DNA of 64,000 bases. It comes from the human T2T-CHM13v2.0 reference genome, Homo sapiens. This document shows positions 1 through 12,771 of the stretch, piece by piece (position 1 is the first letter of the stretch; each line of letters begins with the position of its first letter). The stretch lies in assembly GCF_009914755.1 (NCBI RefSeq), contig NC_060938.1. The stretch is one strand, 5' to 3'. The notes under the pieces are model-generated. The model was given only the letters and a program-made list of their open reading frames with translations. It was not told the DNA's origin and did not search any database. The translations under genes and the position numbers were made by a program.

Positions 1-19
1 ATATACATTAGGAGGTCAG

Positions 20-420
20 AGGCATTCTCTGCCATGCTTATCCTTTTCCTACATTACTATTGGATTATCTGTCTTATTTATTAAATTTTGGGTACTACCT
101 GCTACTGTCAAATCTGTCTTTTTCCTCTTAAGTTTTATGTTTTGGTTAAGAATTCTTCCCAAGTCACTGAATGAATATGATAATATCGTGTTTCTAAGAT
201 GATATATTGCTTTATTTTGCATAATCAATCTTTGTATATTTTTACAAATAATGTGATGAAAGGATTTAAATTAGATTTTGTCTGTATGGCTATTAAGTAT
301 GTTAGCATTAGTAAATGATGAAACTCATCATGCTTTTCTCACTAAATTGAAATATGACCCTTGCCACTTACTTTACTTTTATATATACTAAAATATACTT
401 CTGGACTTTCTCTCTTAATC
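20..420 (-). mobile_element. Very old L1M ORF2 3'-region relic
   Basis: Degenerate resemblance to antisense L1 ORF2 end; boundaries approximate. Confidence 0.4.
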
Positions 421-469
421 TATTTTCTGTTATTCTGTCAGTACAATACTAATTTAAATTAATTATTTT

Positions 470-684
470 CAAGTGTTAGCAAACTAGAGCACATTGACGA
501 ATGCAACCCCCTGCTTGATGTTTGTAAATAAAGTTTTATTGGAACTTACTCATGCCTCTGTTCATTTGCATATCATCTATGGCTGCTTTTGGACTACATT
601 GGTAGAGCTCAATGGTTATATATTGCCCCAAAGACTAAAATATTAACTGTTAATTCTTTTACACAAAAGTTTCTTGGCCCCTAA
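470..684 (+). mobile_element. MER58A (hAT-Charlie DNA transposon)
   Basis: tttgtaaataaagttttattggaac...tctatggctgcttt...aaagactaaaatatt...aaaagtttcttggcccct follows the MER58A consensus end to end. Confidence 0.85.
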
Positions 685-994
685 ATGACTAGTTAATGAG
701 GGAAGGTATTGACCTAATTAAAAGATGTTCAAAAACTAAATACCTGCTAATGTCTAAATATTTATACATGTTAACTGTTTTGAGCAATAAATAAGATGAC
801 ATATATATGCCAATACAAATTAAACTATTAACAAATTATCAAAACCAATTTTTGATATTAAAACAGATGATGAATTAAGTACCAAAATGTACAGTAAAGT
901 ATTTCATATTAGTACTTTTTCCATATTCATAAAGTTTTTATTTTTGGGAAGACATTTCTCTTAGGGATTATATCATATTGCATATTAAATATTT

Positions 995-2200
995 TTGTTA
1001 TTTTGATTGCCGGAAACTTTAAACATACATTTAAAATACAGTATAATAAATGCCAAGTACACATTATCCACCTTCAATAATTATCACCAAATGGCTAATC
1101 TTATTCATTCATCTGCCTCTTCTCATTCAACAACTTAAAATATTTATCTCTAACATTGTATTATTTCATCTGTAAATATTTGAGCATTCATTGCTAAAGA
1201 TTAAGAACTTTTAAAAACAAACCTGTGATACTATTATCAGGCTTAAAAAGCTACTATTACCTTATTAATATAATCAAATATCTAATCACTGTTCAAATTT
1301 CCGTATTTGCTTCATAAAGGTTCTTTTCATGATTGTTCTTCTAATCAAGATTCAAATAAATTCCAAGAATTACAATTAGTTGACGTTTCTGAAGTATCTT
1401 CAAGTCTATGAATTTTCATTTCCCACCTCCCTTGCCAGGAATTCCTTGAAGTAAGTAGGCTGCTTTGTTCTATATTGATCCCTCCCATTATGGATTTTGC
1501 TGAATTCCTTTTTTTTTTTACGTTTTGTTATTGATTGTATTTCCTGTGGACTAGTAGCTAGATACAAGATACAGAGGCTTGATAAGATTTAGATTCACAT
1601 TTTAAAATCAATATTCTTCATAGATAGCGTTGTGTACTTCCAACTGTTTTTATCAGGAGGTACATTGTGTCTGGTTTATCTTAAGAATTGAGCTTTCATG
1701 TATTGTGAGCCTAACACATGTGTTAAAAACGTATCCATCTGGTGTTCCCTAATGATATTTTGAGCATTATTGAGAGTCATTATTCATTAGGATATGAACG
1801 TGGTGATATTCTAGGTTTATTTTTCTTTCTTTATTTCTTAGCTGTAAGTCTTCTAGAAAGTAAAACTCGTACCACTTAGGCACAGTTCATGTAACTGTAA
1901 GTTTGATTATTTTCCTTTGTTTGCTGGTTTTCAGAATATCTTGGTTTCCTAGCATCAAACATAATATATATTTTATTTTATTTTATATCTGTTGGATTGA
2001 TTGCCTATTGAATATCAATATGCTGAAATTAACACAAATTTGGCTGGTGAAAGATTCCTTTGGTTGTTTCCTAATTTCTTTTGAGTGGAACTCAGAAGAC
2101 TTCCTTGCTTATATGGCAAAATGAGATGACCTAACCTGCTCTGTACATTTTTGGACCCAGACTTGGAATTCTGTTATATTTTTGAGGACTAGAACTTGAA
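995..2200 (-). mobile_element. Old L1MC-class 3' UTR fragment
   Basis: aaactttaaacatacat...acagtataataaatgcc...tgttcaaatttcc...atcaagattcaaataa resembles the L1MC4/5 3' end in antisense. Confidence 0.55.
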
Positions 2201-3385
2201 ATCACTTCTCATTTTTCACACTGTTTATTAAAGATGTTGACAGGGAAATACTTCATACATTTATTTTCCCATGTATTAATTCCTTTTTTATATTTTGCTT
2301 CAAATATTTTCCTAGTCATATTTTAAGCCTATTGAATATCTTACCTGCCAGTCCTTTTTATAGCATTAACTGTGGTGTGGAATTTCTCTTTGTATGTGAA
2401 GAATGACACTGTATGTCACCCATCTTAATTTATCTGTTTTATTTTATTTACTTGTATCTTCCTGGAATTTTATTTTAATTTTAGGAACATATAGCCAAAA
2501 AGCCAAAATAGCATAATAGGAAATATAAAAGATAATATAAGCTTATTTTGAGTTAATATTTTGTCAATAGTAAAAAGTAGATTTGTCTCAATTTTACCTA
2601 AATAGAAAAATATAATATTTTACTCCAATATAAAAATTCAAAGGAAAATAAAATGTATTGCAGCTTAAGTGACTTTACTATAGATGTAAATATACCTAAA
2701 TAAACAACCACCATCAAATAAAAAGCATCAAACAATAATATTGAAATCCAGGGCCTGTATTCAGTTTTTTTTTCTCTGAGCATAGACTAACTGGCGTGTT
2801 TCACACTTAATTATTACCTATTCTAAATTCAAATATCATGATAGAATATATTGTTGTCTTTTAAATAAATGTAGTATAATTTACAGCTCTTGAAGACTGT
2901 AGATCAAGGTTGTTTACAGGCAAAACTTTTAAAGCAATAATATGAATGTATTGGATTATTGTGTTCCAATATAATACTGCAAGAAAGTATCAATACATTT
3001 TCTTTGGTATTAGTATGAAACAATTTTAGATACTGACCAAGAGTCTCAGTCTCCAAACATTTTGAAAGGACTTCAAATTAATGAAATTTCATTAGTGGCA
3101 TACTCTTGCATCATGGCTTATTAAAGTTACTTCAGGAATAAGTTTTTAAAAGCATTTAACATATTTTTCTTAATCTTTTTTGAAATACCTAACGTGGTTA
3201 TATCTTTTCAAATATGTATTCATTAGAGGGTTTCCTGTTAATGTAGGTGTGTTTTTTGTTAATGTAGAGTAACAGCATAAGATACTGTTTTATGAAGATA
3301 ATAGTAGTTCATTTTGTTATAACTAACAAGATTTCTTGATCTACTTTAGATTGAAAAAGGGATAAAACAAATTAAAACATATATA

Positions 3386-3780
3386 TATTTTTTATTTTTA
3401 AATTTTTTAAATTATACTTCAAGTTCTAGGGTACATGTGCACAACATGCATGTTTGTTACATATGTATACACATGCCAAGCTGGTGTGCTGCACCCATTA
3501 ACTCGTCATTTACATTAGGTATATCTCCTAATGTTATCCCTCCCCCGTCCCCCGACCCCACGACAGGCCCCGGTGTGTGATGTTCCCCTGCCTGTGTCCA
3601 TGTGTTCTCATTGTTCAATTCCCACCTACGAGTGAGAACATGTGGTGTTTGGCTTTCTGTCCTTGCGACAGTTTGCTCAGAATGATGGTTTGCAGCTTCA
3701 TCCATGTACCTACAAAGGACATGAACTCATCTTTTTTTATGGCTGCATAGTATTCCATGGTGTATATGTGCCATATTTTT
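3386..3780 (-). mobile_element. 5'-truncated L1PA (PA4/5-like) 3' end
   Basis: T-rich tail then ttatacttcaagttctagggtacatgtgcac...cccattaactcgtcattt...ggctgcatagtattccatggtg. Confidence 0.95.
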
Positions 3781-4699
3781 AAATGCTGATGCATTTTTCA
3801 TCTGACTTGCATATTTAGATAATCAATAATTTGATGACTCCACTCTGAAAATCACTCAAAATAGTAATTGAAACTATGTATTTAAATTATATCCATGAGT
3901 TTCTCTCTGTCAAGAAAGAAGACTAGATATCCTGAAGAAACATCTTACTACAAAGATGAAAAAAATGGTCTTAAATAGGCAATACATATGTACACCCACA
4001 CACATACGCACACGCATGCACACATATTTTCAGGAATCGAATGAGTATTGACTAAGGCATAAAAGGCAAGTGAAAATAGGAAGCTAGAGCTGTATAAAAA
4101 CTATAAAGTAGTCATAGAAGACGTTGAGCTTATTTTGTTTGATGGGTACATGGTGCAGAGGACAGGGTACAAAGCCAGGGCACATGTAGATGAGGGTCTC
4201 ATAGGAGTTGCCTATATAAAGCCAGCCCTGGAGAGTAACATCTTACTGAATCATAGAGATAAGAAAAATGTTCTACATAGAAGGGGAGAAAAACACAGAG
4301 GACATATGTATATATCTCCTGAGAATTCAAATCTCCCCATCATGTAGAATAGATTTGGGACCTGAATATTCTGTACTTCTTGTTCCAAATAATCTTAAGC
4401 TGTAAATTACTTTTAATGTAGTCCCAGGTTTGTAGTGTTTAATGGATAGCTTGCAGAAGCAATCACAGTTTCTTTCTAAAGAAAACCTTAAAAAGAAGAT
4501 TCCGTTTCACAGATAAACTGTTATTAATGTAAAATCACAGGAATACATCTGAAAACATAAAAAAACGCATTATGAATAAGACAATACAACCAAGAAGAAG
4601 TCAAAGAAAACAGAATTAGACTCTCCATGTTCTTAGATTTTGGAATGATAATTCTGGAATATAAAACCGTTTTGTGTGTGTGCATGTGTATGCACACAT

Positions 4700-6930
4700 A
4701 TATATGAATCAAAATGATGCTTAGGAATTGTATACTATGAAAAATTGCCATGAGGATTAGGAAAAGAGCTAAATGACACTTCATTAAATGAAAAATAATG
4801 TTGTAATTAAAAATCCATCCAACAGCAGATTAGACACAATAGAAGAAAGAATTGTTGAAGTTGACGAGAACGGAAGAAATGATACAACAAGAAGTGGAGG
4901 TAATATCGGGGAATATGCAAGAAAGACTGAGAGACATGAGGGACAGCTTGAGATAATCTAATATATGTCAAAACAGTCTTATAAACAGATCAGGTACATC
5001 TCTTTTAAAAATTATATTGTCTTTCAAGACAGGATTAAAAACTCTGTAAGATTTATAATTTTCATTAAGAAAAAGGTTTTGGGCCAGGCGCAGTGGCTTA
5101 CACCTTATAATCCCAGCACTTTGGGAGGCTAAGGTAGGAGGATTGTTTGAGGCCAGGAGTTCGAGACCAGCTTAGGCAACCTAGTGACATCTCTATGACA
5201 TAGACATCTCTATGACAAAGAAAAAATAAAAGGTAAAACGTTCTGAATTTTGCGTTAGTTTTGTATCTAGATATCTTCTTCTAAAATTGATCCACAGATT
5301 AAATGTCATTCCAAACAAAAGGATAATAGGTTTTGTTATATAACTTGGCAATTCTAAAATTAATATGTAAAGAGAAAGGATCAAAAATAGCCAAGACATA
5401 TTTCTTTTTAAATGAACAGGTTTAGGTATTCTACCAAATCACAACAATTTTTATATAACCTAAGCAAGAAAGAGAAGGTGATTACTATGAAGTTTGCATA
5501 AGACATCTTAAAACAGGCTATTTTATGCTAATAACAGCTTAAATTTGATCTCATGCCCAAACTTTCCACTTTTGCTGCTCCTCCCATTTTGAAGTTTAAA
5601 ATAATAGATTTAAAATTTTTTTCTCCAGAAAAGATGTGTGGTGATGAATATGTTAATTGTCTCGATTTAATCTGGTACAATGTATAGATATATCACAGCA
5701 TTGCATTTTACTCCACAAATATATGTAATTATTATTTTCCATGAAAAATAAAATAAAACAAATGTAAAGAGAAATATAATTTATAAAAGGAAAATAAAAG
5801 CCTGTGGTATTAACAAGGAAATATTCATGGAAGAGTCTGATTAAAAAAAGAGAGTCTACAAACAAATCTATGCAGATATGAAAACTGTATATCATAGAAA
5901 TGTCTTTGCAGATTAGTGGGAAAGAATGGATTATTAAGAAAGCTGTAGAACCAGCTACTGAATGTGCATGTGAAAATATTTGAAAATGACTACAGTAATC
6001 CCAAATCAATTCCAGCTAAAGACTTAAATGTGCAAAACAGTCTGTTAGTAATTTCAAAGTAAATAATGGGAGAGTCTTCATAATGTAAGGGAAAATTTTA
6101 GGCAACATATTAACAATAAATAGTAAAGAAAAATGTGTGCAAACCATGGAAAGCAGTACTGAGAAATTAGACTCTTGTACAATTAAGATTTTTAAACATA
6201 TATTTGATAAAGTACATCTAGTACAAAGACAATCTATAAACTTGTCTTTATTAACATAAAACTGAAGATATATGTAACACATAAAATTGAAATGAGTAGT
6301 ATTGAGGTATACAAAAAAATCTATATACAATCTAAAATCTCCAGAATCTCAGTGTGAAATAGTCAAAAGGCATAAAGATGTATTTGCCAGAAGAGGAAAG
6401 AAGAACGATCAATAAACCTATAGAAGTACTTTCAATGTTATTGGTAATCAGAAAATTAAAAATTAAGAACGAAGTGAGATACCATTTCAAATATACCATA
6501 TTGGCAAACTGTTAATCATTTATAATCAAGTTACAGTGTGTAGAGAACATTAATAATTTTGCCTGCTGATGAGAGGTAAATTGATACAATCTCTTCCTGA
6601 AACAATTTGTCATTATCTTTTAAAATTGAGTGTGTTCATGCCTTATAACTTCATATATTCAGTTGTAGGAATGTAATAATTCCAGATAAATTTTTCTTAA
6701 TGTGAGTTAGAAAAGAAGGTTCATGCCTGTATTTCTTGTAGCATCAGCAGGTTACAATCAAATGCCCACTGTCAGAGCAATTAATATGTAAATGGAGTTG
6801 TATTTTAAAAGGGAATGTCATGCAGCAGTTAAAATGAAACATAACTACATGCATAAATATGCAAAACTAAATTATATAAGAGAAATGGCATTATGTGTAT
6901 CCTTTGTATGGCAATCATACCTCAATAAAT
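4700..6930 (+). mobile_element. Fragmented old L1M/L1ME (ORF1 piece plus ORF2 3' region)
   Basis: agcagattagacacaatagaagaaagaatt (ORF1-like); gtaatcagaaaattaaaaattaagaacgaagtgagataccattt (ORF2 C-terminus-like); heavily decayed. Confidence 0.6.
5082..5230 (+). mobile_element. Alu left monomer (FLAM_C-like)
   Basis: ggccaggcgcagtggc...ggagttcgagaccagc then an A tail; single arm; local duplication of gacatctctatgaca. Confidence 0.9.
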
Positions 6931-7407
6931 TAAGGAAAAAAAGAAATGGAAAACATAAGATTTTTAAAAGTGCTTACTTTAAGTGGATGGGATATGGAAT
7001 TCAAAGGAACAGAGACTTGAGAATCATAATTATCATCCTCTTTAGTTGATATTTAGAGGGATACTTCTTTCTCTTTCTCTTGGCTGCCCACATAAATTTG
7101 GTCATGCTTCTCCTCAAGGACTTACATTAAATCATGAGATTTGCTTAGATGAATCAACATATTATTTACCCCCAAAGCACAAAACATAATACTTGACATA
7201 TAATTATCATACAAGAATTGTTACTGAACTATATAATAGTCTATTATTACTTCAAAATTATGCATGGTTAACAAAATTGGATTAATTTTTTCCCTTTGCT
7301 GTAGTGAACTGGTAAGGTTTTATTTACTATAATCAGAACTAATTTAATTGGACAGACGTGTGCTATTTTCTGATGTGTGGAGGACATTGGTATTTTAGAT
7401 TTTTTTA

Positions 7408-7752
<345 letters not shown>

Positions 7753-8353
7753 TCATTTCAAGAGTTCTGGGCAACATAGTCCTCAAACTTTGAAAAAAAC
7801 ATAGAATGTTAAAGGGTTTTATAAAATGGTGGTGGTGGAAGGTATGCAGAGGCAGGCAGATTTCCAAGATCCTTATATCCATGAGTAACATATCCATGAA
7901 TTAAAGGAATTTGTATATTAAGGTATATGAACATAGAGAGAAAATTGAAACAAATTGGAGAGAAAACATCTTCAAAATCTTGTGCTATCTCTAATGCGTG
8001 AGACTGCATTACCATTTTGAAATGACTTATTTAAAAATCAAAGAGGGATTCTTTAAGACCACTTCTTTGGCATTATTTTATTTTTGATCTTATATCCTTC
8101 CTTTGTATTGAGTCACCAGAAATTCTATCATTTGATCCAATAATGTGGAATGTTTAACATTTTGAAGAGGTTTCAATTAGGTTAACAATGTAGAACATTC
8201 TATGGTTCCATATGAAAGGTCAGAATTCCAACTCTGCCTCTGTGTTCTTTTTAAACCTCTTCCTTTAACAGAAATACCTTATGTGGTATCTCACCTTAAC
8301 TTTAATTTTCAGATGGACACTTTTTTCAGAAGCAAAGGAGTTTGCTTTCTCTG

Positions 8354-9681
8354 TGCCTTTGTTCCTTTTCTGCTGCTATAACAGAATACCACAGACTGGG
8401 AAATTTATAAGGAAAATAAGTTTATTCAGCTCACATTTCTGGAGGTTGGGAAGTACAAGAGCATGCCCCCGTTGCTTTGCAGGGTACAGTCTCCCTCCTG
8501 GCTGCTTCCACAGGCTGACATTGAGTGTCTGTGGCTTTTTCAAGTGCATTGTGCAAGCTGTCGTTGGATCTATCATTCTGGGGTCTGGAAGACAGTGGCC
8601 CTCTTCTCATAGCTCCACTAGGTGGTACTCCAGTAGGGACTCTGTGTGGGGGCTCTGACCCCACATTTCCCTTCCACACTGCCCAAGCAGAGGTTCTCCA
8701 TGAGGGCCCTGCCCCTGCAGCAAACTTCTCCCTGGGCATTCAGGCGTTTCCATACATCTTCTGAAATCTAGGTGGAGGTTCCCAAACTCCAGTTCTTGAC
8801 TTCTCTGCACTGGCAGGCTCAACACCACGTGGAAGCTGCCAAGGCTTGAGGCTTGCACCCTATGAAGCCACGGTCTAAGCTCTACCACAACTGGAGCAGC
8901 TGGTACACAGGACACCAAGTCTCTAGGCTGCACACAGCACGGGGACCCTGGGACTGGCCCCCAAGACCACTTTTTCCTCCTCAGCCTTTGGGCCTGTGAT
9001 AGGAGGGACTGCCATGAAGACCTCTGGCATGCCCTGGAGACGTTTTTTCCATTGTCTTGGGGATTAACATTGGGCTCCTTGTTACTTATACAAATTTCTG
9101 CGGCCAGCTTGGATTTCTCCTCAGAAAATGATATTTTCTTTTTTATTGCATTGTCAGGCTGCAAATTTTCAGAACTTTTATGTTCTGCTTCCCCTGTAAA
9201 ACTGACTGCCTTTAACAGCACACAAGTCACCTCTTCAGTGCTTTGCTGCTTAGAAATTTCTTCTGCCAGATACCCTAAATCATCTCTATCAAGTTCAAAA
9301 TTCACAGACCTCTAGGGCAGGGGCAAAATGCTGCCAGTCTCTTTGCTAAAACATAGCAAGAGTCACCCTTATTCCAGTTCCCAACAAGATCCTCATCTCC
9401 ATCTGAGACCACCTCAGCCTGGACTTTACTGTCCATATCCCTATCAGCATTTTGGGCAAAGCCATTCAACAAGTCTCTAGGAAGTGCGAAACTTTTCCAC
9501 ATTTTCCTGTCTTCTGAGCCATCCAAAATGCTCCAACCTCTGTCTGTTACCCAGTTCCAAAGTTGCTTCCACATGTTCAGGTATCTTTTCAGCAGCACCC
9601 CACTCTACTGGTGCTAATACACTGTTAAATTAGCAAATAAATTTCACCATGCATTTTGAAGGGGATATTCAAACCATAGCA
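8354..9681 (-). mobile_element. Chimeric ERVL-MaLR: MSTD/MLT1A-like LTR termini enclosing THE1-type internal sequence (about 8466-9618)
   Basis: LTR ends tgcctttgttccttttctgctgctataacagaatacc and attcaaaccatagca; perfect 5-bp TSD CTCTG at 8349-8353 and 9682-9686; interior matches THE1/MST-int. Confidence 0.9.
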
Positions 9682-10149
9682 CTCTGGTTTTGTTTGATTT
9701 TCTTTCTGTCTTCTCTCCTTCAAGTCAGAGCCCACCATGGAATCCTTGTTCTGATGGATTTACTTTTCTATGCTCTATTTTCTAATAGAGTCTTTCAACC
9801 TTTGTTTTTCGTCAAACCAATGTATTTTCTAAATCGTGTCCTCCTTTACTGCTATAAAAACCACACAGGCTCATGATAGCAATGGTCATTTTAAAATTTC
9901 TTTTAACGAATCTAAGCTTATAGGTTAGCATTTTAAGTTGTCCATGTTTATAAATAAAAAAGAATGTAAATGGTGAAGATTCTACCCAGAAGTTATGGAC
10001 GTCGTGGTTGCCCTCCCAACTCCACACTCAACCTCTATTACATCCCATTTAATTGTCTTAGGCAAAACATGTTTGATCTTTCAGTCTTGCAGGAATGGCT
10101 TAGAGTAGGCTTGGATGGATCAATGCATATTGAAGATAGACTTACTGAA

Positions 10150-10470
10150 CATATTGAGGAAAGAATATTTCTGTGTTTAAATGAAAGCTATGAAAGCTAA
10201 TTTTTTCTATGTCTTGCTAGATGTAAACACCAAAACACGTAGTTTTAAATTGCCACCTACATGGTGAAGCACCAGCCTTAGAGTAAAATTGACCCTGTGC
10301 ACTTGAGGAGGGTTACGAAACTTGGATCCATGATGAAATTCCTGAGTCTCTCTGATCTTTGCTGAAGCCCATTCTCACCACAGCTTCCACTGTTGTTGAC
10401 CAATAGTTTCTCTTATTGTTTTAAACCAGCTAAAGTTGGGTATTCTGTAACTTATGGTCAGACCCATATT
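10150..10470 (+). mobile_element. Old MLT1-type LTR relic
   Basis: 3' end gaccaatagtttctcttattgttttaaaccagctaaagttgggtattctgtaact is typical of MLT1J/K/L. Confidence 0.5.
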
Positions 10471-10924
10471 AAGGGTTACACTAGTTTTTATCATTGAGTG
10501 TCTACACTGTGTTAAATCCTGAGGCTGACATTTTACATACTGTATAACTCTAGTGAACATTGCTAAAGGTAAATTCTCTCAATCTCAGCAGTCCTACAAA
10601 TTTCCCCAAAAAGGGAAGTCTTTTTCCTGGTGTCTTCAGTCTCAAACCTCTTATTTATTTTAGAAAAGGGTGGTAGGCCAAAAGTTACTAGACAGGTTTT
10701 AGACCATGTATATTATAAATCCTACACCCATGGGCTGGCTCTTCACTATGGAATATAAGTATGCTTCTCATTTTTTGTGTTGTTCTTAGCTTAGGTGAAG
10801 CTAAGAACCTATGGAGACTTTTTGTCTCCAAAACCAAGACAGAAAGTGTCCTAGCATCTTGTTTTACATAGATAAAATGTAGCTACATTGTAATGCATGT
10901 AGTGGAAAAATAACTGGACTCTAT

Positions 10925-11035
10925 TAAAATAATTGGCTATGGTCTTGGCATCTTCTCTTATTAACTAAGTGACCTTGGAGAAGTTACTTGACATCTCTAA
11001 GCCTTAGGTTCCTCATCTGTCAAAAGGAAATATCA
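10925..11035 (+). mobile_element. MIR core
   Basis: gtgaccttggagaagttacttgacatctctaagccttaggttcctcatctgtcaaaagg. Confidence 0.85.
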
Positions 11036-12558
11036 TATCTATTTGTAATGCCTGACAAATAGATTCACAATAATATGATTGTTGAATGTAATTGTAGAAT
11101 ATGCACTTCTCCGTCTTGCAATTTAAAATATCACCAGTACAAGTGATAACTGAGCTTATTGAAATTAGCCAGCTATACCATTAAGTGTCATATTAAGTAC
11201 CTGTTCTTTGATTTGTTTGACATGGATTAAAAAGGGCAGAGAAATATCTCTTTAGCTACTAACAGGCAGAAATTCTAGTTATTATAACCATTTTAAGCCT
11301 ATATTTTACATGTACTTACCTATTGTTCATGTTTTTAAAGATAAGATTCTTCACTTTTAGAATTTACATATTTTGAATTCGTTTCTCATGCCACCTGCAT
11401 ATGGGAAAGCTCTCCGTGTTAGATGAGGTAGACAGCATAGTCAGTTCCCTCAAATACATCTCACGTCTTCCTGACTGCCTGTTTATTTAGGCAATTGGCC
11501 AAAACTCCACATCTCGGCCCTGATTCATCTACGCTAAATCTAAGCTAAATCTCACCTGCCTTATTAGCCATTGGCTCAGAAACTCAGCTTTAAACACTTT
11601 AGTGATTGACATTAAACTGGTGATAGGTACTGCTTTATAGGTACCTATGTATGGGGCATTAACAGGGATGGAAGTTTATTTTTCATAGTTAGAAAGAGGC
11701 ATTTGCCACCTCTCTTGCAGCAAATAGGAATGAGGAAGCCAATGCTAGCTTCCTCTTGTGACTGTAAGACAGGAAGCCATTGAACAACCACAGAAGGAGG
11801 CAGCATTAAGAGGAAGCTGAACACTCTGGATTACAGAGTACCAGAAAAGAAAAATCTGGGGTAATTCATCACTTTTGTGAACTGTCCTTTCTCTGGAATC
11901 CCAGAATTGTCAGTCATTAGAATCTTTGTCTTTAATTATCATGCAAAACACGAAAAGAGACCTCATATAAAGGAATGTGTTCATTATTTTACTCTCATCC
12001 TGGCTGTGGGTACTCAAATCATTGAAAAGGGGCTTATATGTCTATTTATGAAATATGATGTCTATTTGTTCCATTTAGGCTTTCCATTTTAGCAAGAGTA
12101 GTAGATTTTAAGTAAGTGGTTTATTATTTTTAGACTGATAACATTTTAGATATGTGATATATTTTAAATATAAAAATGATGACTACTGCATCCTTTTATA
12201 TTCATATTGTGTGGTATTTTAATATATGTTATACATATGTATATTTTAAGAAATTGTTGTTGAAATTATCCTATTGTAATAGTTATTATTGCAAGTCACC
12301 CACATAGCAACCTTTATTTCTTACTACTGTTTTTACTATGCCAACACTTAACACACTTAGTAATCTCATAAGCTTCAGATTACCTCTAATGCAACTTCAC
12401 TGCATTCTGTCTAATCACTTTCTTGTTTCTGACATAGATAAATATTTCTCAAATCATTTTACTCTTTCCATCTTTTAAGATTTTGATATATACTTCAAAA
12501 TTTTGATAGATTTTGAGATGTGTGTGTATATATATGTATGTGTGTGTGTATATATATA

Positions 12559-12732
12559 TATATCTGAACTCACTCTCCATATATATATATATTTCCCTTT
12601 GGATATATACCCAGTTATGCGATTGCTATGTTAGAAAATTAATTACTTTGAGACCTTTCTAACTTTTTGATGTAGGTGTTTAGAGCTATAAACTTTCCTC
12701 ATATATGTATATCTGAACTATCTCTCCATATA
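12559..12732. repeat. 110-bp copy of 13233-13339 flanked by a ~25-bp direct repeat
   Basis: 12590-12700 aligns to 13233-13339; flanks tatatctgaactcactctccatata / tatatctgaactatctctccatata. Confidence 0.9.
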
Positions 12733-12771
12733 GAGAGGTATAGATATTTTTCTCTGTATGTACTGATTTAC

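Noticed and set aside
8431-9598. Cluster of 98-232-aa ORFs
   Set aside because: Decayed MaLR internal ORF remnants; homologous sequence recurs at 63235-63916
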